In this document: positions 1 through 8,148 of the stretch, piece after piece | Layout of the letters: the number at the start of each line of letters is the position of its first letter | Numbering within the stretch: position 1 is the stretch's first letter | Origin: a virus | Reading direction: 5' to 3' (one strand) | DNA: 53,275 nt | UHGV virus genome: UHGV-0205694 | Made by a program: the position numbers and the translations under genes | The notes under the pieces: generated by a model | Told to the model about the DNA's origin: nothing | Seen by the model: only the letters and a program-made list of their open reading frames with translations | Databases searched by the model: none

Positions 1-2
1 CT

Positions 3-155
3 GTCAGTCATTGGAAAAAACGTCACGGCGGCGTTGTGCCGCAAAAACGGGTTTTCCCAATCTTTAACGCAACAGGTGTTACACCGCACGAACTCCGCCC
101 GGATCTTTATCCAAATCCGAATGATGGATTGCCCTCTCAGGGATTGGGGGATTAG
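3..155 (+). CDS. Cro/YdaS-like HTH protein, C-terminal part; the ORF enters from the window start and continues in frame from 53197..53275
   Basis: Reading frame 3 is open from the window edge to TAG at 153-155 (TVSHWKKRHGGVVPQKRVFPIFNATGVTPHELRPDL...). It joins in frame the ORF begun at 53197 and is tightly coupled to the next ATG at 158. Confidence 0.5.
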   Translation, partial: VSHWKKRHGGVVPQKRVFPIFNATGVTPHELRPDLYPNPNDGLPSQGLGD

Positions 156-157
156 CC

Positions 158-694
158 ATGCAAACACTATCTTTTCAACAAAATACCGGATTCAACACCG
201 GTGCTCTGATAAAGCGAAATCAGGCGAAAGTGGCAGATCACGACGGCGTTCGTTCTGCCGTTCGCGCCTGGGCTGCAGTTGAAGGTCAGGATGTTGTTTC
301 GGCATACATCATCGATGAGTGGCGCCAGCAGGGTGGGGAAGAAATTGAATTTCCCTCTGACATCAGCCGTGCCCGTCAGAAGCTTTTCCGTTACTTGGAT
401 AACGAGGTCGATTCGGAAAAGTATCGAGCGAATTTGCGTCTTCTGACGCCAGCCATCATGGCGGTACTCCCGCTGGAATACCGCAACCGGCTGATGCCTC
501 ATGACGATGTTTTGTCGCGCCTGTCTTCAGCAATTAAAGAGTGCGCCGAAGCAAAGCAGGCAGTGATGCTGAATGCGCCAGAGCACCAGAAATTGAAGGA
601 GGTAAGCGAGGGGATAGCTTCGCTATTCAGGCTGATGCCTGAGCAGACAGGAACGCTGATGACAATCGTGAGCTCGATGCTGGGCGTGATGTAA
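158..694 (+). CDS. YdaT/CII-like early regulatory protein (178 aa)
   Basis: Sits directly after the Cro-like gene and before O; no clear motif beyond its position in the early right operon. Confidence 0.35.
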   Translation: MQTLSFQQNTGFNTGALIKRNQAKVADHDGVRSAVRAWAAVEGQDVVSAYIIDEWRQQGGEEIEFPSDISRARQKLFRYLDNEVDSEKYRANLRLLTPAIMAVLPLEYRNRLMPHDDVLSRLSSAIKECAEAKQAVMLNAPEHQKLKEVSEGIASLFRLMPEQTGTLMTIVSSMLGVM

Positions 695-705
695 GCGGGG
701 TATCC

Positions 706-966
706 ATGAATCACATCGAATTCATTGAGAAGAACGTTCGCGAAGTACTGCTTCGCCAGGGCTTCACGCAGGCAGTGGCTCAGGGGGGGGCATACCAGGC
801 GGTCGATATGTACAAGCGGATGTCACAGGCAAGCCGAAAAGGGGGAATGTTTGACGATGTTATGCGACACGCAAAGTTATGGGCAGAGAAGCAGACAAGC
901 GCAGCTGAACGCCGGGAAGCAAAGCGCACCGTGCGAAAGGGCAGCAATCAGGCTGGGTTGTTCTGA
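706..966 (+). CDS. small hypothetical early protein (86 aa)
   Basis: ORF in the operon between the YdaT-like gene and O; contains a G8 homopolymer at 783-790. Confidence 0.3.
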   Translation: MNHIEFIEKNVREVLLRQGFTQAVAQGGAYQAVDMYKRMSQASRKGGMFDDVMRHAKLWAEKQTSAAERREAKRTVRKGSNQAGLF

Positions 967-1043
967 AAGGGTGAAGACCGTTGTGCTCGAACACAGCCGG
1001 TCTTCGGGGTGTGAAAAAGGGGCTCTTAGTTCACGGAGTGAGT

Positions 1044-1964
1044 ATGTCAAATACCGCTGAAGTTATCAATTTTCCGATTAAAACCGAGCGTTCGGGAGGT
1101 CAAATGGCCGACCTGGCTAACGGGTATACCAAGATCGCAAACGAGATACAGAAGCTCAAGCCGCGTCTGCGGATGTCTGGTCGTGAGTGGCAGTGTCTTG
1201 AGGCTGTAATCTGGCTTACCTATGGATGGAACAAGAAGCAGGACCGAGTGACAAACACGGTGATTGCTGAGCTGACAGACCTCGGAGAGTCGCATATTTC
1301 CGACACAATCAAATCTCTCGCGGAGCGGAAAATTATCTTCGCTCATAAGCAGGGAGTGATGAAAATTGTCGGTATAAATACTGAGCTATCTGAGTGGATT
1401 TTAGACAAACCGAAAACGGGAAAACTCTTCCCGGAATCGGGAAAAGTGTTACCGAAAACGGGAAAACCTTTCCCGGAAACGGGAGACACCCAATACAAGA
1501 ACAAGAACAATAGTAAAAGATCTTCTTCGTCTCGGAATTCTAAAGAATCCCGAAACGAGGAAACTTTGAAGTTTCTCTCTCGTCATCCAGAAGCGGCCGA
1601 TGGGATTTATACCCCTGCGGGAAAATCCTGGGGAACAGCTGACGACCTCAAAGCCGCGCGATGGATTTTCGATAAAGCCCTCACCGTGAATGCCTCACTC
1701 TCAGAACCGAACTGGGTTGAATGGGCAAATACCATCCGTCTGATGCGCATGCAGGACAAACGCAGCCATTACGAAATCTGCGAACTGTTCAAGTGGGCCA
1801 ATGAAGACGATTTCTGGCAAAAAAACATTCTCAGCCCTTCAAAACTACGCAAGCAGTGGGATCAACTGACAACTAAGCGCCTGCGCAGCCCTGGCCCATT
1901 AAAAACCACATCAGGCGTTAGTGCGCTGGACAATACCGACTGGATCGACGGAGTACTCGAATGA
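1044..1964 (+). CDS. replication initiator, lambda O-like, with internal origin
   Basis: GGAG Shine-Dalgarno before ATG 1044; four 21-bp-spaced iterons and an AT-rich tract lie inside the gene, as in lambda O/ori; immediately upstream of the P homologue. Confidence 0.7.
   Translation: MSNTAEVINFPIKTERSGGQMADLANGYTKIANEIQKLKPRLRMSGREWQCLEAVIWLTYGWNKKQDRVTNTVIAELTDLGESHISDTIKSLAERKIIFAHKQGVMKIVGINTELSEWILDKPKTGKLFPESGKVLPKTGKPFPETGDTQYKNKNNSKRSSSSRNSKESRNEETLKFLSRHPEAADGIYTPAGKSWGTADDLKAARWIFDKALTVNASLSEPNWVEWANTIRLMRMQDKRSHYEICELFKWANEDDFWQKNILSPSKLRKQWDQLTTKRLRSPGPLKTTSGVSALDNTDWIDGVLE
1410..1487 (+). repeat. ori iterons: 4 x ~16 bp CCGRAAWCGGGARAA at 1410, 1431, 1452, 1473 (21-bp phasing), followed by an AT-rich tract at 1490-1535
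   Basis: Direct repeats are visible in the sequence; the phasing and position inside the O-like gene match lambda ori. Confidence 0.7.
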
Positions 1965-2704
1965 AATCTATCGCAGAAAGCATGCATAACTTCGATCGGA
2001 AGAACTTCCAACGTATCGCCGCCGGTATGCCTGAAATGCAGGATGCGCAGAGCTTTGCACATCAGGCGACAAAGACGGCTGAGGTATTCAACGAACTGTT
2101 TCGCCAGTTGCTCGCGGTATTCCCGGCGCTTGCCAACAAATCAGCGGAAGACCTCAACGAGATGCGTCGCCAGTGGCTCCTGGCGTTCAAGGAGAACGGC
2201 ATCACCACGGTAGAGCAGATTAACGCCGGCATGCGGGTTGCTCGCAAGCAGGAAAAACCCTTCATGCCATCTCCTGGTCAGTTTGTTGCCTGGTGCCGTT
2301 CTGAGGAGGCGGTGACGGTAGGCCTTCCAGATGCGAGTGAGCTGGTTGATATGGTTTACCAGTATTGCCGGACCCGCGGTCAGTATCCTGACGCTGAGTC
2401 GTACCCATGGCCTGAACACAAAATCGAACCGATAACGCTGAAACACAAAGCCTGCTACTGGATGGTTACCGGTCTGTATACGGATATGCGCGCAAATGGT
2501 CTCAGCGATTCAGAACTGCGTCGTAAAGCATCAGATGAGCTGTTGCGTATGGTTCGTCGCTTGAACGCCGGAGAAACGATTCCAGAGCCGGTTAAGCAGA
2601 TCCCAAAACTCGGCGGACGTCCGCTGAGTAACGAGCAGGGCTTAAACAAAATCGCTGAAATCCGCGCGAAGTTTGGCCTTGGGAGAGGGCGCAACCATGG
2701 CTAA
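1961..2704 (+). CDS. P: replication protein P (DnaB helicase loader)
   Basis: Strong similarity along its length to lambda P as recalled (MK.IA..M.NFDR...RIA..MPE..., ...NAGMRVAR.Q..PF.PSPGQFVAWCR.E..., ...IPEPVKQ.P..GGRPL); ATGA overlap with O. Confidence 0.85.
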   Translation: MKSIAESMHNFDRKNFQRIAAGMPEMQDAQSFAHQATKTAEVFNELFRQLLAVFPALANKSAEDLNEMRRQWLLAFKENGITTVEQINAGMRVARKQEKPFMPSPGQFVAWCRSEEAVTVGLPDASELVDMVYQYCRTRGQYPDAESYPWPEHKIEPITLKHKACYWMVTGLYTDMRANGLSDSELRRKASDELLRMVRRLNAGETIPEPVKQIPKLGGRPLSNEQGLNKIAEIRAKFGLGRGRNHG

Positions 2705-2963
2705 CAAATCACGTGAACAAAAACAGGCCTGCGTCCAGGCGATTATCGAACTTACTCGCGAGAAAGGGCGCCTGACAGTGAAAGAAGCCTGCGCAGAACT
2801 ACGCATGTGCAGGGATACCGCAGGTCGATATTTCCAGGCTGCAGTCAGAACCGGAAAGGTCATCCGCTACGGGCGGCTTGGATTGTTCCGGGACCAGCGG
2901 GCGACCATAGATTTTGACCTTCAGAGATTCAGTCGTCGGAAGGATACGGGAGCATGCAAATGA
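2697..2963 (+). CDS. small hypothetical protein at the ren position (88 aa)
   Basis: ATG overlaps the P stop; basic small protein; position only. Confidence 0.4.
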   Translation: MANKSREQKQACVQAIIELTREKGRLTVKEACAELRMCRDTAGRYFQAAVRTGKVIRYGRLGLFRDQRATIDFDLQRFSRRKDTGACK

Positions 2964-3352
2964 CAGAGCAAACCATTCTCGACATGTGCTGTGGCTCTCG
3001 GATGTTCTGGTTCGATAAACAGGACGAGCGCGCTGTATTCAGTGATATTCGCGCTGAACAGCACAAACTTTGTGACGGTCGCAGCCTGGTTATCAGCCCG
3101 GACATTATTGCCTACTTCCGCGCGCTGCCGTTCGCTGACACCTCTTTCCCGATTGTCGTGTTTGACCCGCCGCATCTTGAACGAGTGGGCGAAAACGCCT
3201 GGATGGGTAAGAAATACGGTCGCCTGAACAAAGATATCTGGCGCGATGACCTGCGCACAGGTTTTGAAGAGGCTTTTCGCGTGCTGCGGCCACACGACGT
3301 AATCATCTTCAAATGGAACGAAACCCAGATAACCGCGCAGCGTCTGGGGTAG
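2954..3352 (+). CDS. small methyltransferase-like protein (132 aa; DPPH motif)
   Basis: DMCCGSRMF (SAM-loop-like) and VVFDPPHL (DPPY/H-like catalytic motif) followed by FRVLRPHDVIIFKW; too short for a full MTase. Confidence 0.35.
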   Translation: MQMTEQTILDMCCGSRMFWFDKQDERAVFSDIRAEQHKLCDGRSLVISPDIIAYFRALPFADTSFPIVVFDPPHLERVGENAWMGKKYGRLNKDIWRDDLRTGFEEAFRVLRPHDVIIFKWNETQITAQRLG

Positions 3353-3445
3353 ATAATTTGGCATCTGAAAAAATCGCAGTTAAGAAAAAAATCTGACGAG
3401 CTTCTCAATCGTTGGAAAGTGGCTGTAAACATTAATAGGGGCTAG

Positions 3446-3508
3446 TTGACAAAATCAATGTTTTGCACCATTATCCCGGTTGACAAAGTTTGATTTTTGC
3501 ACTGAAAG
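3446..3508 (+). promoter_or_regulatory. sigma70-like promoter with tandem 23-bp repeats (TTGACAAA-N7-TTTTGCAC x2)
   Basis: TTGACA 3446-3451, 17-nt spacer, CATTAT 3469-3474. A second copy has TTGACA 3480-3485 with a poor -10. The direct repeat may be an operator. Confidence 0.45.
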
Positions 3509-3520
3509 GAAAGTGACCCG

Positions 3521-4114
3521 ATGCAAAATTACCCATTACCTTGGACGTTTCATCCGCAGTTAACCGAAGAACGCTTATCTATTATTGCGGAGGCTCTCCT
3601 TAAAGTGCAGGAAGACACGCATGAGCTTTTGTCTTCTTCGCTTGATGATAATTATACCCGAGCAACATGTACTTTTGGGCGCCAGAAAAATCGAATCGTC
3701 AAATTGTGCATGTCAAATAAATACGACTGGTTGGGGCTTTCTAATCCGAATAATGATTACACAATCACTATTGGCGGTATCCCAATCCGTTCATTTAGCG
3801 ATGATCCAACTAATCCGAAAAAGGCTAACTTCTTTCGAAAGAATAGTGTTGATCAGCTATTCGCATCGGAAGATACAATCCCTACGATTTGGCGCTTCGT
3901 TGTAGAGAAACCTGAGTTCGAAGGTGAAGGTGGGCGAGTGCATTTTGCGGGTTATAATGCGCTGGAAGAAATGCTCTCTTTATGGACGTATGGCGAAGAA
4001 CGGGTAACTGTGCTGCATTCTACAGATGATACCCCGCCAGCACCTGTCAAGATTGAGCTGGATGATATCAGCGCTTCTATTCCTGAAAAGGAAAAGAAAA
4101 GCGATAACGGATAA
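3521..4114 (+). CDS. hypothetical protein (197 aa), candidate toxin/effector partner of the HTH-M78 protein
   Basis: Own promoter upstream; 13-nt gap to the next gene; lower GC than flanks; no recognisable motif. Confidence 0.55.
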   Translation: MQNYPLPWTFHPQLTEERLSIIAEALLKVQEDTHELLSSSLDDNYTRATCTFGRQKNRIVKLCMSNKYDWLGLSNPNNDYTITIGGIPIRSFSDDPTNPKKANFFRKNSVDQLFASEDTIPTIWRFVVEKPEFEGEGGRVHFAGYNALEEMLSLWTYGEERVTVLHSTDDTPPAPVKIELDDISASIPEKEKKSDNG

Positions 4115-4127
4115 TAGTAGGTGAAAA

Positions 4128-5240
4128 GTGTTTAACGGTTCTAATTTGCGATTGGCTCGTCTGTATCATGAGTTATCACTGGAGCAAGTAGCTGAGCGGG
4201 TCGATAAGACCCGCCAGTACATTCAGCGGCTGGAATCCGGTTCGGCTGTGCCTACTCCTGAGCTTGCGAATAAATTAGCTGCCGTATTGCTGGTCACGCC
4301 TGAATTTTTCTCAGTGCAAGAGCAGTCTCCAGTGAATGAAGAGCTCGTTCACTTCCGCAAGCGTAGTTCAACACGCATGGCTACTAAGTTGGCGACGCTT
4401 GCTAAAGCTGAATTATATCGCCGCCTCATTGAAGTTTTTGAAGAGTACTTGAATTTACCGCCAGTAAGATTTCCTGAACTGAGAGTAAATACTCAAGAGG
4501 ACATAGAAAGAGCCGCTGAGAAATGCCGGACTGATTGGGGATTAGGTTTTGGGCCGATTGACAATATGACTCGACTTGCTGAAAAGCTGGGAGCATTTGT
4601 TACTTCTTTCGATTCTGTCTCTGATGATGTGGATGCGCTTTCTGTTCCTTTAAGCCGGCCATTCATTGTAAGAAATACGGCTAAAAAATCGCCTTGCCGT
4701 CAGCGTTTTGATATTGCTCACGAAGTAGCACATTTGATTTTGCATGAAGGTATTTCAACGGGAGATCGGGTAACTGAATCTCAAGCTAACCGTTTTGCAT
4801 CGGCATTGCTTTTACCCCGTTCGGCGATGGCAAAATATTTCCCTCGCCCAATTGGTGGTCGTATCGACTGGCAAGGGCTGAGTCAATTTAAATTGACATG
4901 GAAAGTAAGTAAGGCAGCAACAATTTATAGGGCGCATCAGCTTTCTCTCTTAACCGATGCCCAATATAAAACGGCATTCTTCGGTTTAAAGCGCAAGGGG
5001 GAAGCAATTGATGAAAAAGAGGATTATTTGATTCCTAATGAAAAGCCTGAGCTTTTTCATAAGGCAATGAAGTTTCTCTTAACGGATCTGTCTGTTGATG
5101 TTGAGTACTTAGCCAAGCGTTTGTGTATTACCCCGACGATGTTAGCAGAGTTAGCAAACGATAATACGTTAGATTTTGCCCGAGAAGTCGCTAACGAAAA
5201 TGTCGTTTCTCTGTCTGCATACCGAATGAATACCGTTTAA
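4128..5240 (+). CDS. XRE-family HTH fused to an ImmA/IrrE-type (M78) zinc metallopeptidase, 370 aa
   Basis: N-terminal HTH (LSLEQVAERVDKTRQYIQRLESG); HEXXH motif HEVAHLILHE in the C-terminal half, the COG2856-like arrangement. Confidence 0.75.
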   Translation: MFNGSNLRLARLYHELSLEQVAERVDKTRQYIQRLESGSAVPTPELANKLAAVLLVTPEFFSVQEQSPVNEELVHFRKRSSTRMATKLATLAKAELYRRLIEVFEEYLNLPPVRFPELRVNTQEDIERAAEKCRTDWGLGFGPIDNMTRLAEKLGAFVTSFDSVSDDVDALSVPLSRPFIVRNTAKKSPCRQRFDIAHEVAHLILHEGISTGDRVTESQANRFASALLLPRSAMAKYFPRPIGGRIDWQGLSQFKLTWKVSKAATIYRAHQLSLLTDAQYKTAFFGLKRKGEAIDEKEDYLIPNEKPELFHKAMKFLLTDLSVDVEYLAKRLCITPTMLAELANDNTLDFAREVANENVVSLSAYRMNTV

Positions 5241-5253
5241 TCTAGTTGTAAAG

Positions 5254-5279
5254 AGATCCCGCTTTGGCGGGATTTTTTA
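5254..5279 (+). terminator. rho-independent terminator
   Basis: ATCCCGC-TTTG-GCGGGAT stem-loop followed by TTTTTAT. Confidence 0.6.
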
Positions 5280-5339
5280 TGTGTAATATTAAATAACTAA
5301 TTGATTTATATAAATTTATTTTGAAAAAGGAAAGTTTTA

Positions 5340-5606
5340 ATGAAGATTCGCCTCACAGTGACAGTTAGCGCTTATGGCCAGGGTGATAACCCTTTGTTTA
5401 CAAGATTGATATTTGTAGATAAAGACCTTACTAATGCGCCTCCGATAGAGGTTTTTGTGGAAGGATTACAAATGGAGTTGCTTCCTGATTTTCAAAAAGA
5501 AAACAGTAGTATTGCAAGCATTGCGGTTGAATCAATTGTGATTATTGACAGCGGAAAAAGCGTCGCGCATACAGTCTGGCCGAAGCCTGATAAAAAAGGT
5601 GCATAA
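5340..5606 (+). CDS. hypothetical low-GC moron protein (88 aa)
   Basis: AT-rich ORF with an AT-rich leader. Confidence 0.35.
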   Translation: MKIRLTVTVSAYGQGDNPLFTRLIFVDKDLTNAPPIEVFVEGLQMELLPDFQKENSSIASIAVESIVIIDSGKSVAHTVWPKPDKKGA

Positions 5607-6216
5607 ATCTGCATTCATATGTACAAAATTTAGGATGGTAATTTTTCAAGAGCAGACCAGATGGGTGGGTCTTCCGGTGGTCTGCACATTTGCACAAAAA
5701 AGCGGGGTTTCTGCGTGCGTGCGGGCGAGGCGGGGAGTTGGTGATACCTAAATCCCCTACAGTGACAAAAACCATAAAACGCAAACACGCTATTTGTTAT
5801 CAACAAACCGCAGGTTTGTATTTATGCGAATGATAACCAGGAAGAAACCCGCCTTTACTGGGCTGTATCAGACAGGCGTACTGACTCGCATAGCTGCTGT
5901 AAAAAGTCCTGATGGTGGCGGCTTGCGATTGTTCAGTTTGTGGGGGAGGCAAGGATATAGCTGTGTTTGTGAAGGCTGCTCGCGGAGGAATCCGCGAGTG
6001 GTCTGGTCTCGACTACCTTGCTAACTTCTGCGCGAGCTGCGGAATCAGCCTCTGGGAGATTCACAACAAGGTCACAGAAAAACCGCCGCAGTGATATATA
6101 ATCCCCTCCACACAAGAGTGGGCTTGTGTCGAAGTGGAGCCTCTCCCTCCGGCTTTACATGTAAAATGCGCATTAGTGAACTTTGGACGCAAGGGAAACA
6201 ACAGTTGGTATAGTAT

Positions 6217-6537
6217 ATGAATAAAACATTACTTCTGGTTTGCGCTGTTCTTATATCAAACTTGGCACTTGCTGTAGAAAATAAAGAAGAAATAGTGCCT
6301 GTGCGTATAAGTTGCCCTTTCCCTTATTATCCAGCTTCTGCTATGGCTAATAAGATTAGCGGCACTGTAACATACTCTGCCGAAGTAAATGAAAAAGGAG
6401 AAGTTACTTCTGTTGATACAACTGGCACTGAGATCTTTTTTAGAGAAACTAGATCAGCAATCCGGAAATGCAAGTTTGAGCCAGGAAGACCGGGCATTGC
6501 CCGTGGAACCATAAGATTTAGGCCGTATCAACCGTAA
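6217..6537 (+). CDS. secreted stand-alone TonB C-terminal-domain protein (106 aa)
   Basis: Signal peptide MNKTLLLVCAVLISNLALA. The YPASAMANKISGTVTYSAEV...FEPGRPG region parallels the TonB C-terminal domain (YPARAQALRIEGQVKVKFDV...YEPGKPG). Low GC. Confidence 0.6.
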   Translation: MNKTLLLVCAVLISNLALAVENKEEIVPVRISCPFPYYPASAMANKISGTVTYSAEVNEKGEVTSVDTTGTEIFFRETRSAIRKCKFEPGRPGIARGTIRFRPYQP

Positions 6538-7043
6538 GAGCTCCTAACTTTTTGGGGAAGTTACCTCTGGAACTATGCTTCGCAAGAAGATTTAGATGCA
6601 CATGACATGTTTTATCTATTTCCTGCATAGATTATCTGGTTTTTCTTGCATATGTATGGCGATAAACCTTGCTATTGTATTGGCATTTGGGCTTTACCTA
6701 CAGGCGCGCTCAAGCAAAACATCATGTACCCGCTTCAGTGGGGCTTTTCGCATATGCTCATTTTGCATTTATCCCCAAGGCGAGCGATTATTACCTCGTC
6801 AGCCTGAACACCTGATACCTGTTATCCGGCTCCAAGTGGGGGCACATGGCGCACAAAACCTTAAAGCAATTCCTGTCACCGATGGCGAAAGTCACCGGAT
6901 ATTTTCTGCATTCACCATTTGGCCTCTGCGGAGGTGAAGCGTGAACATTCCTCAAGAAGGCATCAAACTCCATCGCGGTAACTTTTCGGCTATTGATGAA
7001 TACCTACAGCCATATCTGGCGAATGGCGATACCTACTGACTAA

Positions 7044-7226
7044 TACTCAAGCCGCGGCGTGAAATATGCAAAGGATAAGCAGGTCGCGCGCTGTGGCAAT
7101 GCCGTCCCGCCGCCGTTTGCTGAGGCGTTGGTGAGGGCTAATTTACCTGAATTATGTCAAAAGAAAGACCCGCCACCTGATATATATTATAAAGCTGAGA
7201 ATGCAACTGTGTTTGAAATTTGTTGA
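7044..7226 (+). pseudogene. C-terminal remnant of a C5-cytosine DNA methyltransferase
   Basis: Translates to ...KYAKDKQVARCGNAVPPPFAEALVRANLPEL... (motif X, GNAV-PP) with no upstream remainder or start codon. Confidence 0.45.
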
Positions 7227-7433
7227 ATGAAATTATTGAAGTGAATTTATGTGGCGCGCTTATCATTATATAGCTTTAGGTTAAATTATTTGGAAAACTC
7301 TCAATTTGAAAATAGTTAAATCTTTTCTCCATTAAAGCTGCTATTGTCTCTTATGAAAGGGACCCATCAGGTACCAGAGCCTTCTGGTACTTGATTTTTA
7401 AGTCTATCGCTTAGGGAAGATTGAGGGTTTGCC

Positions 7434-7727
7434 ATGGCTAATGATTCACGAGGAAATGAAGTGATCTTCAATCGTGCATATCTAAACTTATGCTTTAAAA
7501 ACAAAAAATTAAGCCCGTTGGTTATAGTGGGGAAAATTAAAGAACACAATATTGTTGAATGTTTTTCTTTTGGTCTTAAGGGTACGATAGATATTGAGTC
7601 AAGATGTCTTTTTTTGCGTTATAAATATCCGTGGCCAGATTTTGAAATTGAACTGGTTAGAAAAAAAGGAGGTGATTATGAGTTCATGCTCTTTCATAAT
7701 TATTTTCTTAAGGGTATTGGCAATTAA
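7434..7727 (+). CDS. hypothetical AT-rich ORF (97 aa)
   Basis: Only an ORF inside a 1.5-kb AT-rich stretch. Confidence 0.2.
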   Translation: MANDSRGNEVIFNRAYLNLCFKNKKLSPLVIVGKIKEHNIVECFSFGLKGTIDIESRCLFLRYKYPWPDFEIELVRKKGGDYEFMLFHNYFLKGIGN

Positions 7728-8017
7728 GACATTTATAATGCTTTTTTAATAAAAATGGATTTCCCTAGACTATATGACTTAGGTGTCTTTTTTCTTGAAC
7801 CTGTCTATAAATAACATTCAAAGAGTATGGCGTACTTTCCGACGCTTCTATCAAATAATTGTAGTGTCGCTAAACACTTATATTTGGCCTCCATGTAATT
7901 AAAAAATGTACTTCTAAATGACTCTTTTGAACTCACATGAGTTGGTTGAATTTTGTTCATCGCGACCTATGCTCCTGTCCATATATAAAGCTATTGTCTA
8001 AAAAAAACCATAAAATC

Positions 8018-8045
8018 AACCCGCTACGGCGGGTTTTCTTTTCCC
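8018..8045 (+). terminator. rho-independent terminator
   Basis: AACCCGC-TACG-GCGGGTT stem followed by TTCTTTT. Confidence 0.45.
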
Positions 8046-8106
8046 ATTCCTGACAAAAATTAACGTTTTGTGCTCTTAAGATATTGAACATTCAGTAAGT
8101 TAGGTG

Positions 8107-8126
8107 TACTGTTTATTTATACAGTA
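8107..8126 (+). promoter_or_regulatory. LexA box (SOS operator) upstream of the dinI-like gene
   Basis: TACTGTTTATTTATACAGTA is a near-perfect match to the CTGT-N8-ACAG consensus. Confidence 0.7.
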
Positions 8127-8148
8127 TATCGAACGGGGGGGTGATACC

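Noticed and set aside
34-282. 82-aa plus-strand ORF at the window start.
   Set aside because: It is out of frame with the Cro-like ORF, which continues across the window boundary into 3-155, and it overlaps the YdaT-like gene. The frame-3 reading gives a coherent HTH protein instead.
1410-1487. Direct repeats as a possible CRISPR array.
   Set aside because: There are only four ~16-bp imperfect repeats with 5-6 bp spacers. They lie inside the O gene and are phased at 21 bp. These are origin iterons, not CRISPR repeats, and there are no cas genes.
3480-3508. Second copy of the TTGACA-N17 promoter as an independent promoter.
   Set aside because: Its -10 element (TGAAAG) is poor. It is more likely the second operator half of a tandem repeat than a functional promoter.
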